Shown in pieces: positions 45,031 through 59,800 of a stretch of DNA of 64,000 bases; positions within the stretch are counted from its first letter, which is position 1, and each line of letters starts with the position of its first letter. The stretch is taken from NCBI GenBank assembly GCA_964035545.1, contig OZ037765.1:12782698-12846697 (forward strand). The letters are read 5' to 3'. Position numbers and translations under genes: made by a program. The stretch comes from Bugula neritina. Lineage: Eukaryota; Animalia; Bryozoa. Under the pieces are notes generated by a model. The model searched no databases and was not told where the DNA came from. It worked only from the letters and a program-made list of their open reading frames with translations.

Positions 45031-48000
45031 CTAGTCAGTGGTTGTGATGTGTCTGAACAAGTAAGACATAGACTCACGATTATGAATACGGCGTATAGCT
45101 TCAGCAAACAGAACACTTACATCCACAGTTCGTATCTTACTACACTGCAACTTTTGGACATCGTGTGGCACGGTATTTGTTACTATTACCTAAAATATAA
45201 AAATTAAAACAGTAGAAATAATTAACATGCAAATTTTAATATAAAAATAAATATTTTAGTTTACAGTGAAAAAACACAACATAATTCATTAAATGCATAA
45301 TACATTTATTCTAGAATAGGATTTATCTTTCCATGTAATTATAGTAGCCAATTGCGGGTTTTCAACAGAAGTAGGTGTATGCAATAATGCTCATCACTTC
45401 GTAGAGAAGGCCATCAATCCTGTGGAGCTTCAGATTGTTACAACTAATTATAGCTATAACGTCTTTCAGTATGGCAATTAACTAGTATAAATAAGTATAG
45501 CCAATGAAGGACCCCATTTTTCACTTGAAATTAGAGAGTGGATGAGCTGCCTGGTTAACACCCACGTAATAAATATCTCAAGTAAATAACAGCCTAACAG
45601 TCTTAAAAATATGAATTTTAACGCGTGGTGATACACCAGAAGTATTACAGCACACAGGATAATAAAATAATGGCACATTAACACTTTTACAATACAAATA
45701 CTACTGTGAACAACTGTGGTAAATAAATCAGGAAAACTTCATCTTACTTCAATGTCAAAATTTAGAACATAAACCTAATATGAAAAGGATACGAAAAGAA
45801 AGAATTTACATAACATGTATGAACAGCAGTTACAAAAACATCCTCTATAAATAACTTGCTAAGAGAAAAGCTAAGTAAAATGGCCAACTTTTGTATCACA
45901 ACAATAAGCAGTGAAAATTGGAAGTTTTAAACTCAAAGTATGAAACAGACCAGATTAAGTTATTTAAGGTATAAAATATGTGAGCTGTGCTTATGTTGGC
46001 TATAAATTTGATTTGTTATGATAACATTAAATAAACAAAATATAAAAAACACTTCAAGTTTACTATTTATCATATAAAAGTACAACTCGAATGTATATAT
46101 ACTACACCATATGTATACTAAATGATTTATACTATCAATTCATAAATTATACTTTACTTAAGAACTACGAACAATCACCCAACCTTTTTAGTTTGTCTAC
46201 TCTAATGAAGTCTAAAACTGATGACTAATGAATAAGTGTGTGTCAAAGCTAAATTTAGTCTAATAATTAGGCACACTGCAACGATAAGTGAGAACCAGGA
46301 AATTAATTTATAAAGCACAACCACAGTTAAGTTTAGCCTGTTGACCTGCAGTCCGTAACAGTATCACCTTTAAAGATGTTTTAGATTTTAGTCTATACTG
46401 CAATAACTAGTGATTCTAATAAAACCAATAAATTGATAATGTAAATGTTTGCAACTCTACCTAATGATTTGATTCAACCGCATTTTAAAATTATTATCCA
46501 GTTCCACTTATTATCCAGTTTCACTTATTATCCAGTTCCAGTTCTCTAGAGAAAAGAAAGCTCAAATTTGTTAATAAAATATACGTAAAAATACAATAAA
46601 CTAACCTCATCAATATAAGAGTCTTGTATAAGCTGAGGCGCATCCTTAGAAAGTAGTCCATGAGTAGCAACGACAAACACTTTGTATGCGCCACAGTCAT
46701 GCAACAACTCAGCCACACTAACATACGATTCCACTTCATCTATGAGGTCATCCTACAGTAAGGTAACAGAAGTCATGTGTTGAAAATTACTGAAACGAAA
46801 CAAATCCTTCACAAGCTTTCAAATTAGATTCTTGTGGAATAAAGAGACAAATTCATTTTTATTTGATACACAAAATGCTGCTATAACTCATTGAAAAGAC
46901 AAGCATAAAAAAATCTCATGAAATTTATAATTCATGTGCACATGTATAGGAAGAATAAACCATTCTATGACTATAAATATATGAGCAAAATACTTACCTA
47001 ACACATCAGTATAGTTTCCAGATAAAAGTTTAACCAAACCGGTTTATAATAGCACAATTATTGCGAACTAAAAAACTGCTAGTGAAACAAGAAATAACTT
47101 ACTACGACAATGGCTATTTTTCCCCCAACATCCCCTACCACGTGTAATGGTGGTTTCTCTTTAGGTATCAGGACTATAAAACAAGGTAAATCATATTACT
47201 TTAATTACTGTTTCATTGCAAAAAATCATTACTACTATATTATACTGAAAATCATTGAAAACAATCAAGTTTTACAAAAAAATATGAAATACAATTAACT
47301 TTATTCTGATTGTAATAGCACATCTGCAGGACCTGAAATTATATAATATTACAATTCTGTTCACCTAATAAGAAAATATAACAAGAAAATGTTAGCCACA
47401 TATAGATTTTATACCATTGTCTATTGCTTAGCTACCGGCACACCACAGCATTAAACACAGAACAAAGAGTTATCTACACTTGAACACTGTTTGAATTTTC
47501 ATTTTTCAAGGACGAAAATATACTCAGGAAAATAAACTTGAGTGAATTGACATTTTCATTCTTAAGTTTCATAATTTTAATTTCTCATCAAGTTAGCTAT
47601 ACTTTTGTCAAAATTTGGCTGTTAAAATGATGCAGCTTATTTGACAACGTATATAATAAATTAGTTGATGTCCAATGTACAACATATATAAGCATATAAA
47701 GACTTTCAACTAGACTTTAGAGCCTAAGAGCACACCACCCTCTGTTGTCCAATGAATATAATGTTTATACAAATTTCAAGTGAGCTGAGCATCTGCAGCC
47801 AATGAGCAGATACCTGACTAAATAGCATGTTACCTGGTAAGTTATGTACGTCAATGTGAGTAATTCGGGAGCCAACATGGAGAGATGTAATAGACTCTGT
47901 ACCACTATCCACCAGCGGAGGGCTAGTTCTTCCATCATCAGTATCATGCTCGGCTAGCTTTTCCTCTCCGTGTATCACAGCCAGGGGTAGTTGTAATCGC

Positions 48001-49649
48001 TCTGCATATGAAGAGGCTCGCTTCACAGAGTTTGCATTTTTTGAGACTATGACAGAGTTTCTATAGTCCGGTATCTAAATATGCATAGCAGTTGATTTGT
48101 AGCCAGAGATCTAACATATGAGATGTTGCAGGCACCAGAAAGTTTAAAACCAAAGAATGATGAACATACTGTAATAAAACAGGCATCAAATTCAAGCCAC
48201 ATAAAATTAAAATACAAAGAATGTAAAAGCAAAATAATCACCGATTCTCGAATGTATTGAATGAGGTAGGAAGAAGCTCGTAGATTGTCTACTGGGAAAC
48301 TATAAAAGCCTTGTATCTCCTTATATCTCAAATCCATTGTAATGAGCTGGGTAAAACCTGTGAGAACATAAGCAAAAGCTTCAAGTTTAGTCTCTATAAA
48401 ACTATAGAACGTTATATGGTTTATAAGTAGAACTCAAGCACAAAGATGTCTAGCATCAATGTGGCATGGATTACCACTTACCTGAATTTTGTATCATATC
48501 TGCCAAGAGTCTAGAAACTACACACCCACGTTTCCTCATTTTACTTTGCTTGCAGTATGGCAGATAAGGAATAACCCCAACGATAGATCGTGCACAAGAT
48601 GTTTTACACGCATAGGCCAAAATGAGAAGCTCCATAATATCATCATTCACATTTCTAAACACACAGGAAAGTAGTATTGAAATAAGACAAATACGGCAGC
48701 TGCTAAAACATTTCTCCCCAATATCTATCCACCTAAATGATGAACTATCACTTCTGTAACAAAACAAATCAGACATTCAAAGAAGGAAGGGTAGCTAATT
48801 TAATGCATAGCAGCTGTAATTAGTTCAGGTGAGTTTTACTAACAGGTAAATTATAGTGGCAGTGAATATGTGGAGTAACTATAAAATTACCACTAACAAG
48901 TAAACAAAGAGAGTAAAATCAGTATTTAGTTATATATAATTACTAGTTCAGTTTATATAATTAACTACAAGTTATCACTTTTTCAAATTATATAATTAAA
49001 GTATATATAACAAAGCAGGGAGTATTTTCTTAGACCAAATGTCTTATTGTGGAAATTTCATAATTAGTATATAGTATACAATTAGTATTAGTGTACCACG
49101 ATTTAACAGCTAAATTATTATTACACAGTAACTAGGAAAAATAGAACAGTTTGTGTATTTACTTTGTTCCTGTTTGTACAATGTACACATCTCTAGCCCT
49201 CACAGTCTGCTTTATTTCTACTTGTGTTTCTAAAAATCATCAAAATATCAATAAATGTCACTTACAAAACATGGAGGCTAATATGACAATAGGTCTGAAT
49301 CCTAAAGTCGAATCAGGTGAAGTTGACATAATAGAAAAAAATTGTCATTGAATAAAATTGAAATGTTGCAAATTTATTGACTTTAGCAAGTTACTTCCAT
49401 TCTAACATAAATAATCTTACCTCTACTGGTGTTATGCAACACAGAGCAATTGGCAATAGGCACATCCAATCGTCTAGAGAATGCAAAAAAAATTGTTAAC
49501 AAGCTTAAACTATGTAGTCAAGGTATGTAAATATACAATGAGAAACCAAAATTCCAATAGAGATCAACTTACTGACAAATTAGTTTAGTCAGTTCTGGAT
49601 GAGAGTTTCCAGATAGAACTAAAATAGGTGTTCTGCATGTAATGTCCAT
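45031..49649 (-). CDS. PRPSAP: Phosphoribosyl pyrophosphate synthase-associated protein, ~367 aa; exons 49649-49573, 49473-49421, 49229-49163, 48654-48482, 48357-48242, 48074-47834, 47173-47103, 46752-46606, 45189-45031
   Basis: PRPS fold with PAP-type features: [32 protein letters not shown], the DDGRTSPP insert, [19 protein letters not shown], and DDLIDEV in place of the catalytic DDMADT. Phases are consistent (1104 nt). Confidence 0.93.
46491..46539. repeat. Tandem repeat, ~3 x 17 bp
   Basis: TTATTATCCAGTT(C/T)CAC repeated in the last PRPSAP intron. Confidence 0.85.
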
Positions 49650-49869
49650 CCTGTCCTACAAGTACACCACATTATGATTATATAGCTTCCTAAACAAGTA
49701 TAGTTATGGCAAATGCATACAACAGGTTAGATTAACTGCAGTTGATCTTTAATGTAAGAGCTATACACAACTACTTTACCCAAAATGACAATACTGGATA
49801 TAATAAAATGCACCAAAACAGTATACAACAGTACACTCTTATATTGACAACAATTTGTTGAAACTAAAA

Positions 49870-49922
49870 ATTTTCTAGCAACTATTCAGTTAGCAACAAG
49901 TAAATGGCTGTTGCTAGGCGAG
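49870..49922. promoter_or_regulatory. X-box-like motif and half-sites upstream of PRPSAP
   Basis: GTTGCTAGGCGAG at 49910-49922 plus two TAGCAAC half-sites, just upstream of a candidate 5'UTR exon with a donor near 49779. Confidence 0.4.
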
Positions 49923-51589
49923 AGAGAAGTTTTAACTTTGCTTCTTAAAAACTAAATTTTCAAGGATAAAAACTTCAGCAAAGTCAAAAATAAAAAATCT
50001 ACTACAAATGGATAAATTGGAGATTAATGGAAAACCAAGGAGTGATTTGTAAGCATAAATTACCAGTGTCCAAATATTCAGTAAGCACAGAAATATAAAA
50101 TAGAGCTGGTCATACGATACACCTTTAAAAATGTACTAGTATTTAGCAATGCTAGAAATTAATAAAATAATAATAAAAGAGATAAAATTTTGAAACAAAA
50201 ATTATGCAGATCAGAAGATTATTGAAATCATAACTGAATGACAGAAATACAACTATGGCAATAAGTACATGGGCTGCTGTTGCCTTTACACATTATACTG
50301 CCTGACAATGAATTGGAGTGTAGATGAGCAATGGAATATGCATAGAAATGATGAAGCATGCCCCCACAAACTAATATGGTTAATCTACATGTTGCTAGAA
50401 GAAAAGATGTATGAGAGAAATTGTCGGCAAGGTGCTGCTCATTAGAAAATCAAATGTGAATGAGGACTCAACCATGTATGGCTTGTGAAAACGAGAGTAA
50501 GAATAAAATGAAGACTAAGCAACAATGAAAGAAGTAATTTATACAATACATCACTGAATTTGATTTATTTCTTGACAATAGCTAATAAATTCTGAAAAAC
50601 ACATAATTTTTCGTTCACGAGAACTTATTACTAAACAAGGAGCTTTTGTTGAATGCAGTGAAATAAGATCAATACGCAGTATAACTTCTGTACTGCTCTA
50701 AGGTGCTAATGAACACTAGTTAGTATTGATGAATAGTATATATGCATGAAGTCAGTGGTAGTATTAGCAAATCATTAATATTTTTTAATTAAAACACTTT
50801 CAACAACAGATGTATATTAAATTGTTGTGTTATTTTTATATTGCTGAGACATTTTTCTACTGTTCATGCTCTTTTGAGACTAATTATTTCATTTCTTAAT
50901 AATTAAACACTATTTTATTTTTACTTCTTACAGTACTTTCAAGATTTTCAACATTTTAAAAAAATATTTCAGATAATTTTGAAAACGCAGCAGGGCACTA
51001 TAGCAATAAAAATCTGTTGGGACAAACTTGCATATTTGTTTTCCTCGTTCCTTTTCTAAGAACTACCTAAGTGAAAGAATCCGATAAAGAAAGTACTAAC
51101 CTCTGGTGAGATTGATACTGAGATTCATATTGATTACCACTGACTCCAGGTGATTATTAAATTTATTTATAATATTATTTATCGTAACTATAACTTTAAC
51201 TGTTGCGTTTAACTTTTACATTAAATATATATTACTAGAACTATAAATATAAGACCGAGTAGAAGTCAAGTATCAACTTATAGTACAACAAAAACAAATA
51301 ATAATTATTAAAAATCATAATATAAATATCAATAAGTACGACATTCCTTTTCATTTATCCAAGATGAAGATGTACATCAACTATATCAATATAAATATGA
51401 TTTATGAGTAATAGTAATACTAATAGTAATAGAATTACTATTACTATTAACTATTGGCATAACTATAACTTCTAGTAATACTTATAGCATAAGTATAGCT
51501 ATAAGTATAAGGACAACTATGTCTATTATAATCATAATGATATTGTAAACAAACATCAATTTTTCATCATTATTAATATAATATTAATA

Positions 51590-52140
51590 TTATGCTACTG
51601 TTTGGGATACACCTCTGGAGCATCTCTCTAAAGATCGTTTAATGGTTCAGCATAAAGCAAGTTTCGCTTCATTTTAAACATCAAAGGGAGAGTTAGTATC
51701 ACGGAAGAACAAATTTGAAACTAGAAGCCCTTGCTGAAAAACGCAAAAACTCTAGACATTCTTTGTTAATCCAACTTTTCTTGCAAGGGGAAAATCATAA
51801 AGGACTTATATATTCATAATAATATCATATGATGAGCTGATCAGGCATGGAAATGTTAATACTCCAGTGACTAGAACCGCATCTCGCAACGATCCACCAT
51901 CAATATATGCTAAAACCTCTGCATGCGACAACAACTTCTTTCCCAGGACTGTTGGAGAACTAAAAAGTATTCTTGACTATGCTATGAACTCTATTCAGTA
52001 TTTGTATACCTTGATTTAGTTGCATAATAATAATGGGCAGCACTTATTGCTGATATGCTGGCTAAGATATTTATATTTATGAGGAGTACCGCTTTCTTCA
52101 GGATTTAGTATTTTCGGCAGACGAAAATGTAAAATGTAAT
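51590..52140 (+). pseudogene. 3' end fragment of a CR1/L2-group-like LINE
   Basis: YATVWD, LEALAEKRK and NNFFPRTVGELK, then a 3'UTR ending in AAAATGT repeats. Resembles the 3' part of 30230-31345. Confidence 0.7.
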
Positions 52141-52359
52141 AATTATCATATTCATTGTGATACTTGATAATCATCAAGATAGTCATAGTGATTATAATGC
52201 AAATATTTATATATAAGATTCAACAAATTAAATTAATGTTAAATTTAATTAATAATTATAATAGTACTAATTATAAAATAAAATTGTACTATTATATATT
52301 GTTAATTATTTAATTTTATTATTAATACTAAATTCAATAATTATAATATTTATATTGGT

Positions 52360-53180
52360 TGTATCGCAGCTTCTAGCTGGTGTAATCTTCTACCATCAGT
52401 GTAGTTCCACTGGGCTAGGATGGATAGAATTTTCCTCAAAATGCGAGCGGATCCTAGTAAGGCTGTCTGCTGAATCAGTGAGTATTTGTTTTCAGCTACT
52501 CCAAGTAGTGCCATCTAGTCTACAATCTTGTATGAAGCTCCAAGGGCCCCAATTACAATGGGGATGACTTTTGACTTTGTCGATGTCTAGGTTTTCCAAA
52601 GGCAGGTTAATTCTAGTGCTAAATCCTGATATTTTTCTATCTTTTCCGATTCTATATCTTTTACTCTGTAGTCACCAAGGACTACGATATCGATGACCGT
52701 TGTTTCAGCATTACGCATGTCAACTAACACTATATCAGCCCTCCTAGTTTCTATGACTCTGTCGGTGTGTATGTTGAAATCCCACAAGATTTTCACATTT
52801 TCATTTTCCACTACTGATTCTACTCGGTGGTCGTACCAATTCTTGCTTTTCTGAAACCCATGAAGTTTACACAACTACCAGTGAATTATTGATGCCACAT
52901 TGTCGTGTCTTTTCTTATATTCTCCTTGTGCTAACTTCTCACATTCATTCAGTATATGCATCACAGTTTCGTCCATTGCATTACACATCTGACACTTCTT
53001 GCTACCTTGTTCGTTCACTATAGCCACTTTATAATTTCTAGTAGAGAAAGCTTGATCTTGCGCAGCCAACAGCAGTCCTTCTGTTTCCTTTTAGTTTTTC
53101 AGCCAACCAGATTTCAACCAGTTCCATGAGTATGTTTTCCTGTCTTCCACCCTTTTGATGTACTGTCCATGCAGAACCGT
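52360..53180 (-). pseudogene. 3' fragment of a restriction-like-endonuclease non-LTR retrotransposon (R4/Dong-like)
   Basis: HGQY, ETEGLLLAAQDQA, CCHC knuckle CQMC..ETVMHILNEC, YKKRHD, ILWDFNIHTD, RADIVLVD..VIDI, EKIEKYQDL, with in-frame stops. Confidence 0.85.
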
Positions 53181-53524
53181 TTTATATTATTATTATTATT
53201 ATATTTATAATTATTCATTATATTTATTGAGTTATTCAATTTCATTAAAGATTAAACATTATGATTATCATATTCATTATCGTTGACATTATGATGATTG
53301 ATTATGATAATGATAATCATAATGATTCATGATTATCATTATGCTGATCATGATGCCAGGGACAGCAATTAACAATACTTGATCAATAAGTCAATATTAA
53401 TAGTAGTTACTATTGCTACGGTAAAATGATTGTGATCATACTAGCTGCTAAAGATCAATATCAACATAATAATGAATGTGGTTATTGAGATGGTAAAATT
53501 ATAGCCTGCTCCTAGCAGGAAAAT

Positions 53525-53853
53525 TCGATTGACCTTGACCCGCCAGAATTAATCTTAAGGCGGAGTTATTGGTTGAAGTTGACCAATAAGACCTAGAGAT
53601 ACAAAGTTAAATATAGCACTGACTGATCATGTGACGAAAATATTATGACGTAGAGGGATATTCCCAATACTATGTGTTGGAGTGAATGAGTCACCGTTTA
53701 CACACATTGCACCGCTTGCACGTTACTCATTGATCAATAGTAACCTGTTAGTGTTGAAGTTTGTTTATTACAGCATCGATGAGTCATCAAATAAAGGTGT
53801 TAAACGTTGAAGGAGTACAATTTTAAGAGAAAAGAGCAAAATCCAAGATGGCG
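53525..53853 (+). promoter_or_regulatory. MAP2K4 proximal promoter / 5'UTR motif cluster
   Basis: CRE-like TGACGTAG (53646), kB-like GGGATATTCCC (53655-53665), AP-1 TGAGTCA twice (53687, 53780), and YY1-type CAAGATGGCG across the ATG. Confidence 0.55.
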
Positions 53854-56800
53854 ACAGGCCAGCAGGGTGAGGGTGTGTCCTAAATTTTGTATGTTTTACC
53901 ATCACCATGTCACAATTGCCATGTCCATACTCAATGTTAATACTAACTTAGACTTATACTCATAATTTAAATTTATAGGCATAGCTAAAACAAAGCTTAG
54001 TTTGTTACTCTTACCACTAGACCTAGTCCTACTCTTAGTCTTAGTCTTACTCTTAGCACAGTCAGTGTCAGTATGAGTGTTAGTGTCACTCAGTGTGACT
54101 GACGGTGACAGGTCACTAAATTCAACTTTTACGTTAGGTGATAATCATTGTTATTACTGTTTATTAATCATTTATGATATTTTTTAAAGTGAAGTTGAAT
54201 GGTGTTGATTTCTAGTAAAGTTTAAATTAATCTATTATCTAAATCTTTAAAGTAATATTAATTGAATATTTTTAACTCGAGACCTAAAAGTTGAATCAGG
54301 ATTTCAACTTGAATTTTTTTTAATTCATTTTCGCCTTTAAATTTAAGGCAATTTACTTTATTCTGAATGTTCAATTGTTAGTGGTCTTGGATTATTTTGA
54401 TCATCTGGCAAGTTCAGTTTCAAGAATTGAGTAGTTAATTTGTTTTGTTCAAATACTGTGCATTAGGCGGCTAAATTTGATATTTATTGTACTAGAACAT
54501 CTGAAGTTTACTATAAACACTTTTGTGTTTATTATAATTACTATTAATATTCGTAATACTGTCATTTTAACCATATCTAACTTTGCAATTACTAGTAGGC
54601 TATCAGTGACTATTGCTTTTGAATATATTAAGCATTTTTTATATTAGTAATGATCATAATAAAAGGTCACCAAGTTCCTCTTTCAAATTAGAGTACAATA
54701 TCGTGGTGAACTTGGAGTTGAAGTTTAAGAAATAAGTGCTGTGTATTGCGTTTCGAAATAAAAGAGTAGTTTAAATTTATTTGATTTTTTTAGATCTAAA
54801 AGTAAGAATAAAACAATTTTATTTGTGCAGTAAATTGATATATGAAATTGGTCTACTTAAACTAAACTAGTCATAGTCTGGTGCTAAGGTATGTGATAAA
54901 ATAATGTTATAAGAATTAAAAAATAATTGTACTTTATGTACACCAATAATAAAATTGAAGGGGCTTTATGAGTAACCAAGTAAATGTACAAGAGTTTTAT
55001 TACTAAAAGTTAGCTTTATTCGTTTATTAACAAAATTAATTAAAGATATTGCATATGTTTTTCAACTTTATAGGTTAAAATCTTGCTTTCAATTGATATA
55101 ACTTTCACTGCTAAACTTGGTGTAATTAGCTACAGTAGAAATTATGGAATATTGAAGTTTGAAGTTAGCCAATGTTTGATTTAAGTTAGTAACTACAGTA
55201 CAACATGAATTTAAATGTTATATCAAGTTATAGATATAATTGCCATTAAATTTAATGTTTTATGAGTTGTTTTTGTGCCTAGGCAAGCGAACCAAGTTAA
55301 AATTGAACATTGGCCAACAATCCGGAGGTGGAGGTTCAGGGGATAACAAGACATTTCAGTTTGCAAGTCCACTAAGTATAGGAAGCAGACCTACTAGCAC
55401 CGAGAGTACAGGAAGTAGTGCCAGCAGCCTAGGGGGCGCCACTAAACACAACTCATTCATGACAGAAACAGGCTATCCTACTCAAATGTATGTACTAAAT
55501 GTATTTTTGTGTAATATATCTGTTTTTTGATCTGCAAATGTTTTTTTAAAGCGCAACTCCTTGTGGATTTTTGCTGACATTAAAATGCTAATTTATTGGA
55601 TTTTATTCCAATTAACGACAACATAACATTTTCTGCTTTTATCCTTCTATACTTATGTATTTGTAATGCTTATGATTTTACCAAATATCTATATAAAAAT
55701 GCTCTACCTGGTTCAAAAAATGCTTTTATAATTTATATAAAGTGTGGTAATGTGTAGTGTGTTGTTTTATTGATCTTGATCTGTAAACATATGTACTAGT
55801 TAGGGCAGGCCATTTCTAAGATAGGGTGGACTCTCGATACAAAAATACAATACCAATATAATGATTTATATTCCTCATTCTTAATGCCATTATCTTGTTT
55901 TTCAGTGAAAAGTTATATATAATGAGAACTAAAAGCATCGAAGCAACTGGTAAATTAAAAATAAGTCCAGATCAGGTGAGTGTAGTATTATTATTCGACT
56001 CTTTCAGTGCACAGCTTGAATGCACTCTTTTAATGCTTTGAATATATTTTTCTCTCATCATTTGCTATCCGTTGATACAAGCAGACTGGCTGAAAATTTA
56101 ATTTGGTTTTTAGTAAACATCCTTTGCCTTTGAAAATCATTGTAGTCAATACTATGATTATTTTTATGGTAACACTTGAATCTGAAATTGTATGATGGTA
56201 AATAAATGAATGCAAAAATATGATTTAAAGCTTTGTAGTAAAAGCTGTTAGGAGTAAGAAACAACTTTCTTTACTAGACAAAATATATCCTTCCAGTCTG
56301 TTTATATTGTATCAGTGTAGTTAGCATTATTGTTTCACTGTTAGGGGCGTCACAATTTGCCAATGATGAATTTAAATACTAGCTTTTTTCTGATACCTTC
56401 ACAAGTTCAATAGGTGCTTTTATAAGCCAGTTGACTTTTAGGGTTTTGCAATTTCTCTTATACTGCTTTCTAACAAACTAATCATATGGAGCCTGCGTTG
56501 GGGTGATATTTAGTTGATAGTTTCATGTTTCTGTTGCTGCAGGTATATGATTTCTCAGCTGAGGACTTGCAAGACATAGGAGAAATAGGTCGTGGCAACT
56601 TCGGAACAGTAAACAAGATGGTGCACGAAAAGAGCGGTAAAGTTATGGCTGTGAAGGTGAGATAACTTCTATACTAGAGTATATTTGGACACACAATCAC
56701 ATTGAGTTAAATAATTATTTACTTGTTGATTAGTTCAAAACTGCCTATTGTCTTGCTTGTCATACATTCATGTTTGGTTTTGGTGCAGAGAATCCGTTCA

Positions 56801-59800
56801 ACAGTTGATGAGAAAGAGCAGAATCAGCTGCTCATGGATTTAGACGTTGTGATGAGATCTAACGAATGCCCTTATATAGTAAAATTCTATGGTGCTTTGT
56901 TCAAAGAGGTATGAATAAAATTGATATTTTTATGTAGTAGGCATTTCAATTGTCACCAGGTGTAATTTTTATTGCGTCTTATCTTTAAAATAATGCTAGT
57001 AAAGATATTACACAACTAACATTCTGCTTTGTAGTTCATATATGTTGTGTTATGTTATGTTATCACAATTTAAAACCTCACAAACAATATTTTGTATTTG
57101 TTAGTTTTAGAAGAAAATTTTTATATAATTAATTAAGTTTTACTTGGCACACACATTTAACATATCAGCATTAAGATAACAACATACAGCTGCAAAGATT
57201 TGCTATGGTTTTGTTGGAGTTATCAAACCTAATTTTAGTTTTTAAGGTTGGTAACCCATAAACTAAAGCTACCTATTCTGCACTTTGCTATTAGCTGTAT
57301 AAAGTACATACTGTGCTCTATAGTCTTTATTATTGGCTTATTATATTCCGTCTTATCAGAACCACATTTAACATGTTATGTTAGTTATTTTTTTATGTCT
57401 ATGCTAGCTATGTTATATTAAACGCCGACACACTTTATTTATGCTGTATTGAAATATTCATCTATATCTTAGCTATCATCTACATACTGTTTGAGGGCTG
57501 TGTGCCCAAACAATTTTGTTTTATGATGATTTTTGTGCTCATGCTGATGACGTTTTTGTTTGGCTCTGGAGTCAGCGGTATTATAAAACTAATACTAATT
57601 ATTGCTGACTTTCATTATAAGTTACTCTTAGCTGCTGCAACACACAGTTTAATCACTGAGCTTGCTTAAAAGTTTTAAGTTTTAAGCCAGCTTATCTTTT
57701 TCTGTCTCATTTTTATTAATAAGTCGATTGCCTTTAGAAATACAAATTTATAATATTATGTCTTTATTTGTTATTTCCCTATAAACTTTAACATGCACAT
57801 TCTACAGATATGTTTTGATTTTGTTTAAGGGTGATTGTTGGATATGCATGGAGCTCATGAACATCTCTTTAGACCAATTCTATAAATTTGTTTACAAGAA
57901 ATTGGAAAGTCGGCTTCCAGAACAAATGCTTGGAAAGATTTCCATTACTGTAAGTAAACTAAAGTTGAACATTCACTCTCGTCTGAGCAACAGTTAAAGT
58001 ACTTGCACCGCTTTTAACTGAAAGGGTTAGGGGTTGTGAAAATTATGTGTTATCATCATGAACCATCTTGTTACAAAAACTAAAGTGTAAACTGGTTCTG
58101 GGTCTAGTTAAAGCATTGCATTGCTAAAAGTCGCTCATCAGCCTAAAAACATACAAAATATGTTGCATACTTCCAGTCATAAAATGAAATGGCCATCTTC
58201 AAGGTAAAACCAAGTTTACCCTAAAGATCAACATTTTATGACCAAAAGTCCGGTCTTTTTCAATAGAGATCTAAATGCTCTTTATTGTAAAACTTTGAAC
58301 CACTAGTATTGTAGAAAGTTGAATTTTTGTGCTATTGTGTAAAGTCAATGTTATAATGTATTTTTGCAGACTGTAAATGCTCTAGATTATCTAAAGGATA
58401 AACTGAAAATTATACACAGAGGTGAGTGGCTTTCAACAAAAGTGTAAGTTTTTATTTATCAAAGTTATGAAAAAGTGCAGTTGAATAATTTGCATTTTTA
58501 TATGAAAATGGGGCTCTTTTAATTGTAGATGTAAAGCCTTCAAATATATTGCTGGACAGAGCAGGGAATATTAAGCTCTGCGACTTTGGAATCAGTGGGC
58601 ATTTAGTAGATTCAATTGCAAAGACGCAGGATGCTGGATGTCGGCCTTATATGGCGGTATGATACAATTAAAAATGACCAATTGTTACTAAACTTAAATT
58701 AGGTACACTGTAAGCCTTTACTGGCTGGTTCCCAAAATGAAGCAAGTGCTAATCAATCTGGAGAAATTAGGAACAACATGTGTTCTGCTTTTTTTGCTAA
58801 AAATTTAAAACTTCTGTAACTGCCGTTTACCGTTGATAATACAACTTATTCTCTACCTGTGAAGCAGTAATGTTATTTTCCCTTATCTATTTGAGAGCTG
58901 TATACTAAAATATTTTTCAAATTTTAAGGCTTACTACTCAACTGCTACATTTTTCTGAAAACTATCTTCTGTTTTGGTTTGGGCTTGCAGAATCGGGAAT
59001 TCTTGTATTTCACTTGTAATCAAGTACAAGTATCTGTGATAAATTCACCCAGTTCACATTATAGATATGATAGTAAATAGTTGTAAACTATCAGTAAATA
59101 ACAATTGAAATGGTTGATCTATTTACTTCTGTAGCCTGAGAGAATTGACCCAACATACTCATCCAAAGGTTATGATGTCAGATCTGATGTATGGAGTCTT
59201 GGGATCACTCTGGTAAATGATGACTCTCATAACAGCTGAACCTTGTTTTAATGTATTTTGTAAACTATTCCTATTAATATTTCTAAATATATTATGGTTG
59301 TGGTGGTGTAATGATTACTCTATAGTATGCATAAATGATTTCTCTTACAATTCTATGAGCTTTTATTTGAAGCTTGAAATAATAAGCTTTACAAAGGTCT
59401 ACAGTTAGGCTAGTGTAGTATATTATTTGTTATAAACAATGACAATTGGTTTGAACAGTCCATTATATGTGCAACTGTGCCTATTTATTTAGTATGAGTT
59501 GGCTACTGGGAGATTTCCATATCCCAAGTGGAATAGTGTCTTTGACCAGCTCACTCAGGTTGTACAAGGTGACGCCCCTCAGCTGAATATGGCAGACACA
59601 TGCTTCTCTCCTGATTTTGTCACTTTTGTCAACAAATGGTAAATATTTTCTAATTTCTGTTAAATAGTGACTCATTGTATAATGTTATAACTATTGCAAT
59701 AATAATGTTGTGTTATTTCTCCAAAATTTAAAATTTTGAGTTGTCTCATCTTGGTGGCTTGAAATGCACTAGATGGTTAAATTTTTTGATGGGCTTATTT

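Noticed and set aside
45031-49649. Catalytic PRPS1/2
   Set aside because: Lacks the DDMADT and RQD catalytic motifs and carries the PAP-specific insert.
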